NCBI GenBank assembly: GCA_019634005.1
Contig: JAHQWD010000003.1
Span: 240,539-304,538 of the forward strand
From: Candidatus Kaiserbacteria bacterium
Lineage (GTDB): Bacteria > Patescibacteriota > Minisyncoccia > Phycocordibacterales > UBA918
Reading direction: 5' to 3'
DNA: 64,000 nucleotides
This document shows, one piece after another, positions 1 through 9,802 of the stretch; within the stretch, counting starts at the first letter, position 1, and every line of letters begins with the position of its first letter. Both the position numbers and the translations under genes were made by a program. Below the pieces are notes generated by a model. It saw only the letters and a program-made list of their open reading frames with translations. It was not told where the DNA came from and did no database searches.

Positions 1-27
1 TTAATTAGAAGTATACAGTAAAGCGTC

Positions 28-306
28 ATGGCACATAGAAAAGCTGGTGGATCAGCAAAAAACCTAAGAGACTCGCAGCCGAAGTACCTCGGTGTGAAGC
101 GTGCAGATGGACAAGCCGTTAAAACCGGTGAGATTCTTGTGCGTCAGCGCGGTACCAAGATTGAAGCTGGAAAAAACGTGAAGGTTGGAAAAGACCACAC
201 ACTCTTCGCTATTGCAGACGGTATTGTTTCCTTCCGCAATGCACTGAAGACACGTTTCAATGGTCAGAGAGTGGCCAAGAAGGTCGTAGATGTAGTCTCT
301 GCGTAG
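28..306 (+). CDS. rpmA: 50S ribosomal protein L27
   Basis: MAHRKAGGS...RQRGTK...GKDHTLFA signature. Confidence 0.98.
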   Translation: MAHRKAGGSAKNLRDSQPKYLGVKRADGQAVKTGEILVRQRGTKIEAGKNVKVGKDHTLFAIADGIVSFRNALKTRFNGQRVAKKVVDVVSA

Positions 307-321
307 GATACTTCTCTCCTA

Positions 322-356
322 AACAAAAACCACTCCATTCGGGAGTGGTTTTTGTT
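322..356 (+). terminator. Intrinsic terminator after rpmA, overlapping the next gene's extended -10
   Basis: AACAAAAACCACTCC-attc-GGGAGTGGTTTTTGTT hairpin with T-tract. Confidence 0.8.
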
Positions 357-368
357 ATACTTTTTTAC

Positions 369-1052
369 ATGAATCTTAAAGACAAGGTTGTACTAGCGCA
401 CCGAGGATTTGCTCACAGAAAATCCCACGAGAAATATCGAGAGAACTCTGTTGATGCCTGTAGAGAATCATCCCAAACAGACTATGTTGAGATTATAGAG
501 CTGGATCTAAGAAAATCTAAAGATGGCGTTCTTTACTGTCTCCACGGTAATCTCCTTGAGTATTCTTTCTTATTACAGTTCCCACGGATTTTCTCCTCAC
601 TTAGAGAACAATATAAGGCCGACTCCTTAGCAGATATCCTGGAAGTGATATCAAAAGATAAGATTGTATTTCTTGATATAAAAAGTACCAATATTACACG
701 CGATGATCTTCTTCACGTGTTCGAAGGTAGAGAGTTTAAGGAGGTGATCCTTGGGAACAAATCAGTCTCATTCCTTGATCGGTTCACTGACATGCCAGAG
801 AGTTTTACAAAGATATTAAATGGAAATATCTTTTGTAATTTCTATGATGTAGATAAGCTTGCGGAAAAAGGATTTACCTATTTTGAAGCTGTCTTCCCTT
901 TTCAGATTAGTAACAAGGCAGCTCACCGAGTTGCAAAAAGTGGTCTGATGTTTCGAATCTCTGGCTTTGGTTTCCTTACAAAAGAATCCTATTGGAAAGC
1001 TATCGAGAAATATAATATTACTCATGTGTCGAGTGATTTCATAGATATTTAA
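369..1052 (+). CDS. Glycerophosphodiester phosphodiesterase (GDPD) family protein
   Basis: AHRG, ENS, IELD..SKDG..H motifs; start moved to ATG 369 (TGtTATACT 7 nt upstream). Confidence 0.8.
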   Translation: MNLKDKVVLAHRGFAHRKSHEKYRENSVDACRESSQTDYVEIIELDLRKSKDGVLYCLHGNLLEYSFLLQFPRIFSSLREQYKADSLADILEVISKDKIVFLDIKSTNITRDDLLHVFEGREFKEVILGNKSVSFLDRFTDMPESFTKILNGNIFCNFYDVDKLAEKGFTYFEAVFPFQISNKAAHRVAKSGLMFRISGFGFLTKESYWKAIEKYNITHVSSDFIDI

Positions 1053-1085
1053 AAACACCCTCGGCTTATAGCGAGGGTGTTTTTA
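1050..1085. terminator. Bidirectional terminator between convergent genes
   Basis: TAAAAACACCCTCG...CGAGGGTGTTTTTA. Confidence 0.85.
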
Positions 1086-1095
1086 GAATCCTCCT

Positions 1096-1794
1096 TTACT
1101 GGATCACAATTGACGTGATCACCACTGGCTCTACTGGCACATCACGAACTCCTGTCTGCACCTTAGAGATAGCATCAACGACATCAAGACCAGAGACGAT
1201 TCGTCCAAAGACTGGGTGACGTGACGTAAACGGCTCCTTATTAAAGTCGAGCGCGGTATTATCCACCGTATTGATGAAGAACTGACTTCCTCCAGAGTTT
1301 GGCTGTCCTGTATTCGCCATCGCGATTGTTCCGCGAGTGTTAGAAAGCGATTCTCCCTCCACAAACTCATCCTGGATAGTGTACCCTGGTCCTCCTGTAC
1401 CATAGCTGAGTGCATCATCTCCCTTAGAGTTAGGATCTCCACCTTGAATCATAAAGCCATCGATAACCCGATGGAACTTTGTATCGTTGTAGAATCCTTC
1501 CTCGGCAAGCTTTACAAAGTTTGCGGTTGTAATCGGCATCTGCTCTTCAAAGAGCTCAAGTGTGATAATTCCTTTGTTTGTAGTGATGATTGCGGTTCTA
1601 TTCATAGTATTTGTAACTGCTGGATTAGCGAGTGATAATTCATCTGGCGAAAGTGGTCCCTGGAGTGTCGATGCTCCCTCAAGGAAAATCTCACTGGGAC
1701 GATCTGTATCTCTAAAGTCCGCCCACCATGCGAGAAATACGACAAGGACAATGGAGAATAGGAGTACTGCAATAATCTGATTCTTGTTTGCCAT
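1096..1794 (-). CDS. Cyclophilin-type peptidyl-prolyl isomerase with N-terminal membrane anchor
   Basis: FHRVIDGFMIQGGDP, AMAN, GSQFFIN, HPVFG; hydrophobic N-terminus. Confidence 0.95.
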   Translation of the reverse strand: MANKNQIIAVLLFSIVLVVFLAWWADFRDTDRPSEIFLEGASTLQGPLSPDELSLANPAVTNTMNRTAIITTNKGIITLELFEEQMPITTANFVKLAEEGFYNDTKFHRVIDGFMIQGGDPNSKGDDALSYGTGGPGYTIQDEFVEGESLSNTRGTIAMANTGQPNSGGSQFFINTVDNTALDFNKEPFTSRHPVFGRIVSGLDVVDAISKVQTGVRDVPVEPVVITSIVIQ

Positions 1795-1795
1795 A

Positions 1796-2236
1796 CTATT
1801 CCTTTTCTACCTTTAGAGAGAATGTTCCTTTTTCTCCGCCTGCTGTGATAGCTACAGTATGCTCCCCCACTTCTTTAATTGGTTCTGTAAGCTCTACCTG
1901 AGACGCATGTAACTGTCCCACCTGCTCTGATACTGCGGTGGCAATATCGTCTGCTTTTAGTCCCTTGAAGAGCTTCCCTTCATCATTAGCAGATGCAGTG
2001 ATGGTTACCATAGCGTCCTTCAACTTTGATAGAGTCTCCAGGAATGCCTCCTGAGACGCTTCAGCCTCTGCATTTTTCTTACCTGTACGTGCCTCTACCC
2101 GCTTTACGTTTGCTGGTGTTGCAGGCTCTGCAAGTTTCTTAGGGATTAAAAAGTTAAGTGCGTGTCCGTCTGGTACTTCCTTTATCTCAAACTGACGTCC
2201 GATACGGGCTACGTCTTGTAACAAAATGACTTTCAT
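1796..2236 (-). CDS. rplI: 50S ribosomal protein L9
   Basis: MKVILLQDV..G....V..G.A.NFLIP; GKLF. Confidence 0.97.
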   Translation of the reverse strand: MKVILLQDVARIGRQFEIKEVPDGHALNFLIPKKLAEPATPANVKRVEARTGKKNAEAEASQEAFLETLSKLKDAMVTITASANDEGKLFKGLKADDIATAVSEQVGQLHASQVELTEPIKEVGEHTVAITAGGEKGTFSLKVEKE

Positions 2237-2254
2237 AGGGGGTTACTATACCAT

Positions 2255-3502
2255 CTAGCCTCCAAGATACTCAAGTGCGGCATCAAATTGTGGATCTTCA
2301 CCTGGCACAAGCGTTTCAAAATCAATAGGAATAACCATATCTGGTTCAAGCCCATTTTCGGAAATAGACCGTCCTTCTGGAGTGAACCACCGTGCAATCG
2401 TCACTTTCAGTGACGCTCCTGTACCAAGCTCTACAAGCTCTTGTACCGATCCTTTTCCAAAAGTTTTCATACCGATGAGTGTTGCTACCCCGTGCTCTTG
2501 GAGTGCGCCTGCAAGGATCTCTGATGCAGATGCAGACCCCTGATCAACAAGTACCACCATCTTCTCTGGAGCGTATTCACCAAGCATCTTTCCCTGACTT
2601 CGATACACTTGCTCGTCATCTCCTCCAAAACCTTCACGTACTACCACCTCCCCCGCGGGAAGGAAATAGCTTGCGATAGAGACCGCGCTCTGAAGATATC
2701 CTCCTGGGTTAGAGCGAAGATCGATAATTATCTTATTCGTGCCACTCTCAACATATTCTCGAAGTGCCTCCTGCATACGAGACTCTGCGAGTGCATTAAA
2801 GCTATAGAGTTCAATAACAAAGACATCTCCCTCGGTACGTGTCCGAACGGTCGGCACAGCGATTGTGTCTCGAGTAATAGAAACCTCTGTAAGCTCTGTC
2901 CTTCCTTCTCGGTAGATGGTCAGTACTACTTCTGTCCCTTCCTCCCCGCGAATAAGCTGTACTGCCTCATCAATGCTCATACCCTCTGTAGAGGCTCCAT
3001 CGATACGCATGACGATGTCCCCCGAGAGCAATCCAGCACGCTCTGCAGGAGTGTCGGGAAGTGGTGCAATGATGGTCACCATCTTGTCACGAATACCCAC
3101 CTCCATTCCTACACCACTGAAGTTCCCAGAAATGTCTTCATGGAATTGCTCCGACTCTTTTGGCGGAAGGAACACGGTGTATGGATCTCCATAGGCATCT
3201 ACCAATCCTTGAATGGCACCCTCAACACGCTCCTCTTGAGTAACCGCGTCAGTGGACGATGCTGAGACGAACTTCTTCTCAAGCAGATTCCACACAAGCC
3301 AAAACTCCTCGAGATCAACCTCATCAGCAACAGGAGCCTCGCGGAAGAAGAGATCTCCAAGACTCGCCTGCTGTCCTGCGTGACTGCTCCCCATGTGGAG
3401 TCCTGAGATAAACGTTGCCCCCGCAAGTGCAAGGGAGAGTCCAACACCAAGAAGTGGAAACTTCTTTACCTCATCATCACGATCTCTTTGTTCCGTATTC
3501 AT
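2255..3502 (-). CDS. ctpA: S41 family C-terminal processing protease (PDZ)
   Basis: DPYT, PDZ domain, DLRSNPGG, SASASEI, TFGKGSVQ; likely start at 3502. Confidence 0.93.
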   Translation of the reverse strand: MNTEQRDRDDEVKKFPLLGVGLSLALAGATFISGLHMGSSHAGQQASLGDLFFREAPVADEVDLEEFWLVWNLLEKKFVSASSTDAVTQEERVEGAIQGLVDAYGDPYTVFLPPKESEQFHEDISGNFSGVGMEVGIRDKMVTIIAPLPDTPAERAGLLSGDIVMRIDGASTEGMSIDEAVQLIRGEEGTEVVLTIYREGRTELTEVSITRDTIAVPTVRTRTEGDVFVIELYSFNALAESRMQEALREYVESGTNKIIIDLRSNPGGYLQSAVSIASYFLPAGEVVVREGFGGDDEQVYRSQGKMLGEYAPEKMVVLVDQGSASASEILAGALQEHGVATLIGMKTFGKGSVQELVELGTGASLKVTIARWFTPEGRSISENGLEPDMVIPIDFETLVPGEDPQFDAALEYLGG

Positions 3503-3579
3503 GGGGCTATTATGGCATGGATCGAGTTGTTTATACAAAGTCTCGGCGTGGAGTACTTTCTGCTATACTAGAAACATCT

Positions 3580-4491
3580 ATGATTGAGACATATAAACAA
3601 GGATCCCTGACCTGGGTGGATGCACGCGAGCCGTCGAACGAAGAGATACGAGAAATTATTGATACCTATGATTTGTCTCCTGCACTTCTGACAAATCTTT
3701 CCTCACCACACTCACATTTAAACTCTCTCTGTGTTGGAAAAACATTTAAAGTGACATTCCATTTCCCTGTCGTAAAGCGTAAGGATATGGACCGTCCGCA
3801 CGAAGTAACCTTCATTGTGACAAAGGATACACTCATCACACTTCGTTACGAGACCATGGAAGCAATACATCGTTTCAAAAAAGAATTTGAGGTTATTGCA
3901 ACACTCTACAAGACCACAAAGCGTGCGCATGGCGTACACCTCTTCTATGCGCTCTTGAATGAATGTTATGACTCTCTCAATGCAAAATTGGACTACCTGC
4001 ACTCCAAGCATGAGCATATTGAACAAGAAGTCTTTACAGGAAATGAGAAAGAGGCTGTCTTTAATATCTCTGATGTAAATAGACGTCTTATCTCCTTTCG
4101 GCAGACACTCAAAGTACATGATTCCATGCTCTCTGCATCACGACGTCATATCAATGAATGTTTCTCTGAAGAACATGCGCAAGGACTTGATGATATTGAA
4201 AGTCAGTATCGTCTTCTTAACAAACGAGCACAGACGCTTTCGGAGTCGGTTGAAGCACTCCACAACACAAACTTTGCACTCTTGACTGCAAAGCAGAATG
4301 AGACCATGAAAATATTCACCATCATGGCCTTTGTCACCTTCCCGCTGACACTCTTCACTTCCCTGTTTGGTATGAACACGCAAACGACACCGATTATTGG
4401 TCAGGAAGGAGATTTCTGGTTCATCGTTGCTATTATGATCACCATCACCATCGGATTCTTTGCATACTTTAAGCATAAGCGATGGATCTAA
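3580..4491 (+). CDS. corA: CorA family Mg2+/Co2+ transporter
   Basis: NETMKIFT...FGMN motif and two C-terminal TMs; start 3580 after TGcTATACT. Confidence 0.92.
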   Translation: MIETYKQGSLTWVDAREPSNEEIREIIDTYDLSPALLTNLSSPHSHLNSLCVGKTFKVTFHFPVVKRKDMDRPHEVTFIVTKDTLITLRYETMEAIHRFKKEFEVIATLYKTTKRAHGVHLFYALLNECYDSLNAKLDYLHSKHEHIEQEVFTGNEKEAVFNISDVNRRLISFRQTLKVHDSMLSASRRHINECFSEEHAQGLDDIESQYRLLNKRAQTLSESVEALHNTNFALLTAKQNETMKIFTIMAFVTFPLTLFTSLFGMNTQTTPIIGQEGDFWFIVAIMITITIGFFAYFKHKRWI

Positions 4492-5948
4492 AAATGTTCT
4501 CCTTCTTCCGAAAAAAACCGCGTACGGACGCTCCACTTTCTCTGTTTAATACAGAGACAAGACGAAAGGATATCTTCACTGCACGAAAGAATCGTGAGGT
4601 AACCATGTATACGTGTGGGAACACCGTTTATGACTACGCACACATCGGAAACCTAAGTTCTTTTCTCATGCCTGATATTCTCCGAAGAGTGCTGAGAGAG
4701 CACGGATATGAGGTGAAGCACACCATTAACTTTACAGATTTTGGCCACCTTACCGATGACGGTGATGCAGGTGAAGACAAGATGATGAAGGCGCTCAAGC
4801 GTGAAGGGAAAGCAGTCACCCTCTCTGCAATGCGTGATGTCGCAGATGTCTATATCAATGCATTTAAAGAGGATATGGACGCACTCAATATGCTCACCCC
4901 TACCACATACGCACGTGCAAGTGATTATGTTCGTGAACAGATTGCTTTGGTAAAGACCTTACTGGATAAGGGCTATGCCTACGAAACCAGTGACGGTGTG
5001 TACTTTGAGGTCTCAAAGTTCCCAACGTATGGACGTCTTGGAAACGTAGATATCAATAAGATCCGTGAAGGTGCTCGTGTGGAGGCAAACCCAGAGAAAC
5101 ATCATCCTGCAGACTTTGCACTGTGGAAGAAAGGAATGCTTGGTTGGGACAGTGACTGGGGTAAGGGATTCCCGGGATGGCACATAGAGTGTACCGCCAT
5201 GATTTTCTCGACACTTGGTAAACAGATAGACATCCATACTGGAGGAGAGGATCTGCAGCATACCCATCACAATGGAGAGATTGCTCAAGCTGAGGCAATC
5301 ACAAAGAAAAAATACGTAAACTACTGGCTCCACACCGCGTTTATCACCATTGATAACAAAAAGTTTGCGAAATCTGAAGGCAACGGTATTACGCTTCGTC
5401 ATCTTATGGATAAGGGGTACACTCCTGACACGTATCGGTACTGGCTCCTCTCCCGACACTATCGCACACAAGCCAACTTCTCCTTTGAGGCACTTGATGG
5501 AGCAAAGCAGGCACTCTTTCGTCTGAAGCGACATTTCTTTGAGGAGTATCTACCAAAAGCAAAAGAGAGAGGAGACGTACGGGTGGTGTACTGGAACCGT
5601 TTTATGGATGCGCTCAATGATGATCTCGATACACCAAAGGCACTTGCTGTTTTGTGGAATCTTATAAAAGACACTGAAGTGCCTGTAGAAGATAAGGTGG
5701 CAACACTGCTTAGGATGGACTCCATTTTAGGTATCGGACTTTCTGACACACCAGATAAAGCACGGCGAGAACTTGGTATCATCAATGTGGAAGACATACC
5801 TCAAGATGTCCAAGAGCTTATGACCAAACGTGAAGAAGCGCGGAAGAAAAAGGACTGGGACGAGGCAGATAGATTACGAGAGGAGCTCAATATGAAGGGC
5901 TATTCTGTTGAAGATACGCCAGAAGGAGCAAAGGTGGTGAAAGTGTAA
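4482..5948 (+). CDS. cysS: Cysteine--tRNA ligase
   Basis: CG.TVYD..HIGN, DFALWK, PGWHIEC, HH..EIAQ, KFAKS. Confidence 0.97.
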   Translation: MDLKMFSFFRKKPRTDAPLSLFNTETRRKDIFTARKNREVTMYTCGNTVYDYAHIGNLSSFLMPDILRRVLREHGYEVKHTINFTDFGHLTDDGDAGEDKMMKALKREGKAVTLSAMRDVADVYINAFKEDMDALNMLTPTTYARASDYVREQIALVKTLLDKGYAYETSDGVYFEVSKFPTYGRLGNVDINKIREGARVEANPEKHHPADFALWKKGMLGWDSDWGKGFPGWHIECTAMIFSTLGKQIDIHTGGEDLQHTHHNGEIAQAEAITKKKYVNYWLHTAFITIDNKKFAKSEGNGITLRHLMDKGYTPDTYRYWLLSRHYRTQANFSFEALDGAKQALFRLKRHFFEEYLPKAKERGDVRVVYWNRFMDALNDDLDTPKALAVLWNLIKDTEVPVEDKVATLLRMDSILGIGLSDTPDKARRELGIINVEDIPQDVQELMTKREEARKKKDWDEADRLREELNMKGYSVEDTPEGAKVVKV

Positions 5949-6016
5949 GTTATCCACCCGAAATCCCCTTTTTCCACTGAAATCGGAATATATACATCTG
6001 TGCTAGAATGTCTCTA

Positions 6017-7438
6017 ATGGCAGATGCACGGGTGAACAAGTCTGAAAGTACCAAGAGTCGTCTTTTGCGTACTCCCCCACAAAACCTTGATGCAGAACGT
6101 GCACTTCTCGGTGCAATCATGCTCAAGCCAGAGACCATGCACGACGTCTCGGTGACGGTATATCCTGAAAGTTTCTATGCAGATAAGCATCGAGAGATCT
6201 TCCGTGCAATCCTCGATCTCTTTACCAAAGGAGATCCTATCGATCTTCTTTCTGTTACCACGAAGCTGAAGACACGTGAACAACTTGATCGCGTCGGTGG
6301 TGCAAGCTACATCACTGAGCTTGTAGAGACTGTCCCTGCTGCAGGTAACGCCCTCTACTATGCAGAGCTTGTACAGAACAAGTCCATTCTCCGTGGACTT
6401 ATTAACGCTGCACAAGATATTGCAGAGATTGGATATTCTGACCCAGAGAATGTGGATGAGGCAATGGATGCGGCGGAAAAGAAGGTGTTCCAGGTCACCA
6501 ACGCCCCAACCACACAGAAGTTTACCCCTATTGGTTCTTCCCTCACCGAGGCATGGGATCGGTTTGAGAAATTGAACTCTTCGAAAGATGACGTGCACCG
6601 AGGAATCCCGACTGGATTCTCTGCACTTGATAGCCTCCTCTCTGGTTTCCAGAAGTCTGACCTCATCATTCTCGCAGCTCGTCCTTCTATGGGTAAGACC
6701 ACATTTGCACTTGATATCGCACGAAATGCTGCGGTGCAGTTTGGGAAGTCTGTCGGTATCTTCTCCCTTGAGATGAGTGACCAACAACTTGTGGATCGTA
6801 TGCTTGCAGCAGAAGCACAGGTGGACTCGTGGAAACTCCGTACAGGAAAGCTTTCAAATGATCAGGAGTTTGAGGCGGTACAAAGCGCCATGGCAAAGCT
6901 CTCTGAAGCACCGATTCATATCGATGACCAACCAGGAAACAACATTTTGAAAATGCGTTCGTCTGCCCGACGTCTCAAGAACGAGCATGGACTTGATCTT
7001 CTGGTTGTCGACTACCTTCAGCTTATGAGTCCAACCACCACCAAAGCAAGTGACTCGATGGTGCAGCAAGTAACTGAGATATCTCGTTCCTTGAAGATTC
7101 TTGCACGAGAACTCGATGTACCTGTTGTTGCACTTTCACAGCTCTCTCGTGCAGTAGAGCAACGTGGTGGAAAGCCTCGACTCTCAGACCTTCGAGATTC
7201 TGGTTCTATCGAGCAGGATGCCGATGTGGTTATGTTCATTCACCGCGAGGATAAGATGAATAAAGACCAGGCGGCCGATCGTCCCAATATCGCAGAGATT
7301 CTTGTGGAGAAGCATCGAAACGGACCTGTTGGACACGCAGAACTCTATTTTGACGAGAAGCACGTACGCTTCCTTTCACTTGATACACACCATGCAGGTA
7401 TGGATACTGGCATAACTGCTTCAGATGATGACTTCTAG
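6017..7438 (+). CDS. dnaB: Replicative DNA helicase
   Basis: AARPSMGKT, DYLQL, LSQLSR, SDLRDSGSIEQDAD, KHRNG. Confidence 0.98.
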   Translation: MADARVNKSESTKSRLLRTPPQNLDAERALLGAIMLKPETMHDVSVTVYPESFYADKHREIFRAILDLFTKGDPIDLLSVTTKLKTREQLDRVGGASYITELVETVPAAGNALYYAELVQNKSILRGLINAAQDIAEIGYSDPENVDEAMDAAEKKVFQVTNAPTTQKFTPIGSSLTEAWDRFEKLNSSKDDVHRGIPTGFSALDSLLSGFQKSDLIILAARPSMGKTTFALDIARNAAVQFGKSVGIFSLEMSDQQLVDRMLAAEAQVDSWKLRTGKLSNDQEFEAVQSAMAKLSEAPIHIDDQPGNNILKMRSSARRLKNEHGLDLLVVDYLQLMSPTTTKASDSMVQQVTEISRSLKILARELDVPVVALSQLSRAVEQRGGKPRLSDLRDSGSIEQDADVVMFIHREDKMNKDQAADRPNIAEILVEKHRNGPVGHAELYFDEKHVRFLSLDTHHAGMDTGITASDDDF

Positions 7439-7441
7439 ACT

Positions 7442-8053
7442 ATGACCACCCTTGAGAATCTTATACAACATTTTGAGCGCTTCCCTGGTGTCGGACCCCG
7501 TCAGGCACGTCGTTTTGCGCACCATCTCCTCACCAACGAGTCTTCAGATAACCAACAGCTTGCAGATCTTATCGGACGACTCAAAGATAATGTTGCGACC
7601 TGCACCAGTTGTTTTCGTTTTTATACAAAAAACGGTGGTGGTAATCTTTGCCACATCTGTGCGGACGAACGAAGAGATCACGCGCGTCTCACCATCGTAG
7701 AACGTGACTCTGATATCACGCCAATTGAACGCTCTGACACCTACGACGGTCTCTACTTTGTACTTGGCGGGACCGCCCCACTCTTGGAATCTGAAGATAC
7801 TAAGAAGCTTCGTGGTGGTGCTCTAAAGCGCATTGTGACCGAGCGCGCAGGAGATCTCTCTGAGATCATCCTTGCCTTTTCAGTGAACCCAGATGGAGAG
7901 AATACTGCACGATTTGTACGCTCTATTATTTCAGAGATTGCTGAAGAACATGAGATCACCATTACCCAACTTGGCCGTGGACTTTCTACTGGGTCAGAGC
8001 TGGAGTATGCGGATCCAGAGACTATCAAGAATGCGTTGGAGAATAGGCACTAG
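7442..8053 (+). CDS. recR: Recombination protein RecR
   Basis: FPGVGPRQA.R HhH, C4 zinc finger, toprim, G.ELEYAD..T. Confidence 0.95.
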   Translation: MTTLENLIQHFERFPGVGPRQARRFAHHLLTNESSDNQQLADLIGRLKDNVATCTSCFRFYTKNGGGNLCHICADERRDHARLTIVERDSDITPIERSDTYDGLYFVLGGTAPLLESEDTKKLRGGALKRIVTERAGDLSEIILAFSVNPDGENTARFVRSIISEIAEEHEITITQLGRGLSTGSELEYADPETIKNALENRH

Positions 8054-8105
8054 GATGGGTGTATACTAAACCATAGAGGATCACACCAAGATAAGGAGTA
8101 TTGTC

Positions 8106-8279
8106 ATGAGAAGACTGTCACGTACGGCCGCACTCGCAGCACTCCTTCTCTCGGGGTGCGCACATACAGACGTGGAATGGAGAAACGCTCTTGATCCAGA
8201 GACTTCCGAACCTTTGGAGTTGAAACTGATCAAAGGCTGTGGATCTAAGATCTTTGTCTGTTTTAGAATAACACCCTAA
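8106..8279 (+). CDS. Small putative lipoprotein (57 aa), not in ORF track
   Basis: Manual translation MRRLSRTAALAALLLSGC..., lipobox LSGC; SD AAGGAG upstream. Confidence 0.65.
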   Translation: MRRLSRTAALAALLLSGCAHTDVEWRNALDPETSEPLELKLIKGCGSKIFVCFRITP

Positions 8280-8298
8280 ACTGTATCTTTTGGACAGT

Positions 8299-8323
8299 AA
8301 AAAAGCGGCCTTGCGGCCGCTTT
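8299..8323. terminator. Terminator between the lipoprotein ORF and rplU
   Basis: AAAAAAGCGGCC-ttgc-GGCCGCTTT. Confidence 0.75.
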
Positions 8324-8327
8324 CCTG

Positions 8328-8666
8328 TTAGATCTTCTCGATCTGTACCCGTGCGTAGTGCTGTCGGTGACCAATTTTTCGGTCTCGGTTACTCTTCGCC
8401 TTGAAACGGATGATAGAGAGTTTCTTTCCTTTTTTCTCTCCCTGATAGGTTGCAGATACTTTTGCTCCCTTGATATATGGGTCTCCGATAGTAGTATCCT
8501 TACCATTATCTACCATAAGGACCTTATCGAACTCTACCTTATCTCCCTCCTTGAGATCTCCAAGAAGCTCCACATCAATAACATCGCCTGCTGAGACCAT
8601 GTACTGCTTTCCACCAGTCTCAATGACGGCGAATTCGTCTTTTGTTGTTTTCTTTGTATCTGCCAT
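8328..8666 (-). CDS. rplU: 50S ribosomal protein L21
   Basis: AVIETGGKQY.V..GD; GHRQ. Confidence 0.97.
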   Translation of the reverse strand: MADTKKTTKDEFAVIETGGKQYMVSAGDVIDVELLGDLKEGDKVEFDKVLMVDNGKDTTIGDPYIKGAKVSATYQGEKKGKKLSIIRFKAKSNRDRKIGHRQHYARVQIEKI

Positions 8667-8710
8667 AAGTGCGCCCGATTGTACAAGAAAAGGCGGAAAA
8701 GTGCAATATC

Positions 8711-9790
8711 TTATTCCTTGTTCGGCCGTTCAAGCGAAAGCTGCTCTACTTCAAGCGCCTCCCCAGTGATTTTAAGCACATCCTTGTCTACCTTCCCTAA
8801 TTCCTTCTGCGCTGCATTATAGTGATTCACGGTCGTACCGAGAGAGTTTCCTACCTTCACGAAGTACTCATCATAGGCCTTCAGATGCCGTGAGAGCTTC
8901 TCTACCTGCTTCCCTATCTCTTTGGCAGACTCCTCAATTTTAAACGCTCTGAAGCCATAGAGGACACTCTGAAGGTATGCAGCGAATGTCGTTGGAGACA
9001 CGATGATCACATTCTTATCCTTATACGCGTAGTCTATGAGTGATCGTGTATTTGCCTTCACCGTACCCACCTCATTCACGAGAAGATCGTAATAGATTGC
9101 TTCTGCAGGGATGTACATAAACGCAAATGGGAGTGTGCCGTCCTTTGGACGGATATACTTGGCGGTCTCATCGATACGCTTCTTGAGATCGTTCTTGAAC
9201 TCCTTCTCAAGGGTCATACGCACATCATCATCCTCTTCATCTACCAATCTCCTGTAGTTATCCAAGGAGAACTTTGCATCAACGGGAATCATGCCATCTT
9301 TCGTCTCAATGATCGCGTCCACAATATCTCCTCCAGGAAATTGATACTGCACCTTATACGCAGTCGCAGGAAGCATGTTCTCTAAAGCAAGCTGAAGCGA
9401 TGCCTCACCAAGGTTTCCTCGCTGTTTCTGATGTTTCAATACTTTCTCGAGATTCTGGAGTTGTTCTGCAACGGTAAATACCTGTTTTGAAGACTCCGAT
9501 ACCTCTGCCACACTCTTCACCACCCCCATGAGTTGCTCGTTCATCTCCTTATTGATATCACGGATCAGTTTCTGACTCTCGGAAAACTGTGTCTGCACTG
9601 ATCGATGCATACGTTCTGTAGTCTCCCCCATCCGTTCATCCATAGTGCGGGTCAGTTGTTGGAGTTGTTGCTGAAGTAGGAGGAGTCCATCCTGATTCAT
9701 TTCATCGTCACGTCGGATGAAGAATATATAGACCAGGACGCCCAAAATAGCCAAGAGGAGGACGAGAATCAGTATCTGTAGTGTTTCCAT
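8711..9790 (-). CDS. rmuC: DNA recombination protein RmuC
   Basis: N-terminal TM and coiled coil, RGNLGE, VDAKF, FAFMYIPAE, SPTT. Confidence 0.92.
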   Translation of the reverse strand: METLQILILVLLLAILGVLVYIFFIRRDDEMNQDGLLLLQQQLQQLTRTMDERMGETTERMHRSVQTQFSESQKLIRDINKEMNEQLMGVVKSVAEVSESSKQVFTVAEQLQNLEKVLKHQKQRGNLGEASLQLALENMLPATAYKVQYQFPGGDIVDAIIETKDGMIPVDAKFSLDNYRRLVDEEDDDVRMTLEKEFKNDLKKRIDETAKYIRPKDGTLPFAFMYIPAEAIYYDLLVNEVGTVKANTRSLIDYAYKDKNVIIVSPTTFAAYLQSVLYGFRAFKIEESAKEIGKQVEKLSRHLKAYDEYFVKVGNSLGTTVNHYNAAQKELGKVDKDVLKITGEALEVEQLSLERPNKE

Positions 9791-9802
9791 GCCTCAAGTA
9801 TA

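Noticed and set aside
6014..6787. 257-aa minus-strand ORF, and similar ORFs at 38126-38842 and 40966-41655
   Set aside because: Antisense to well-supported genes
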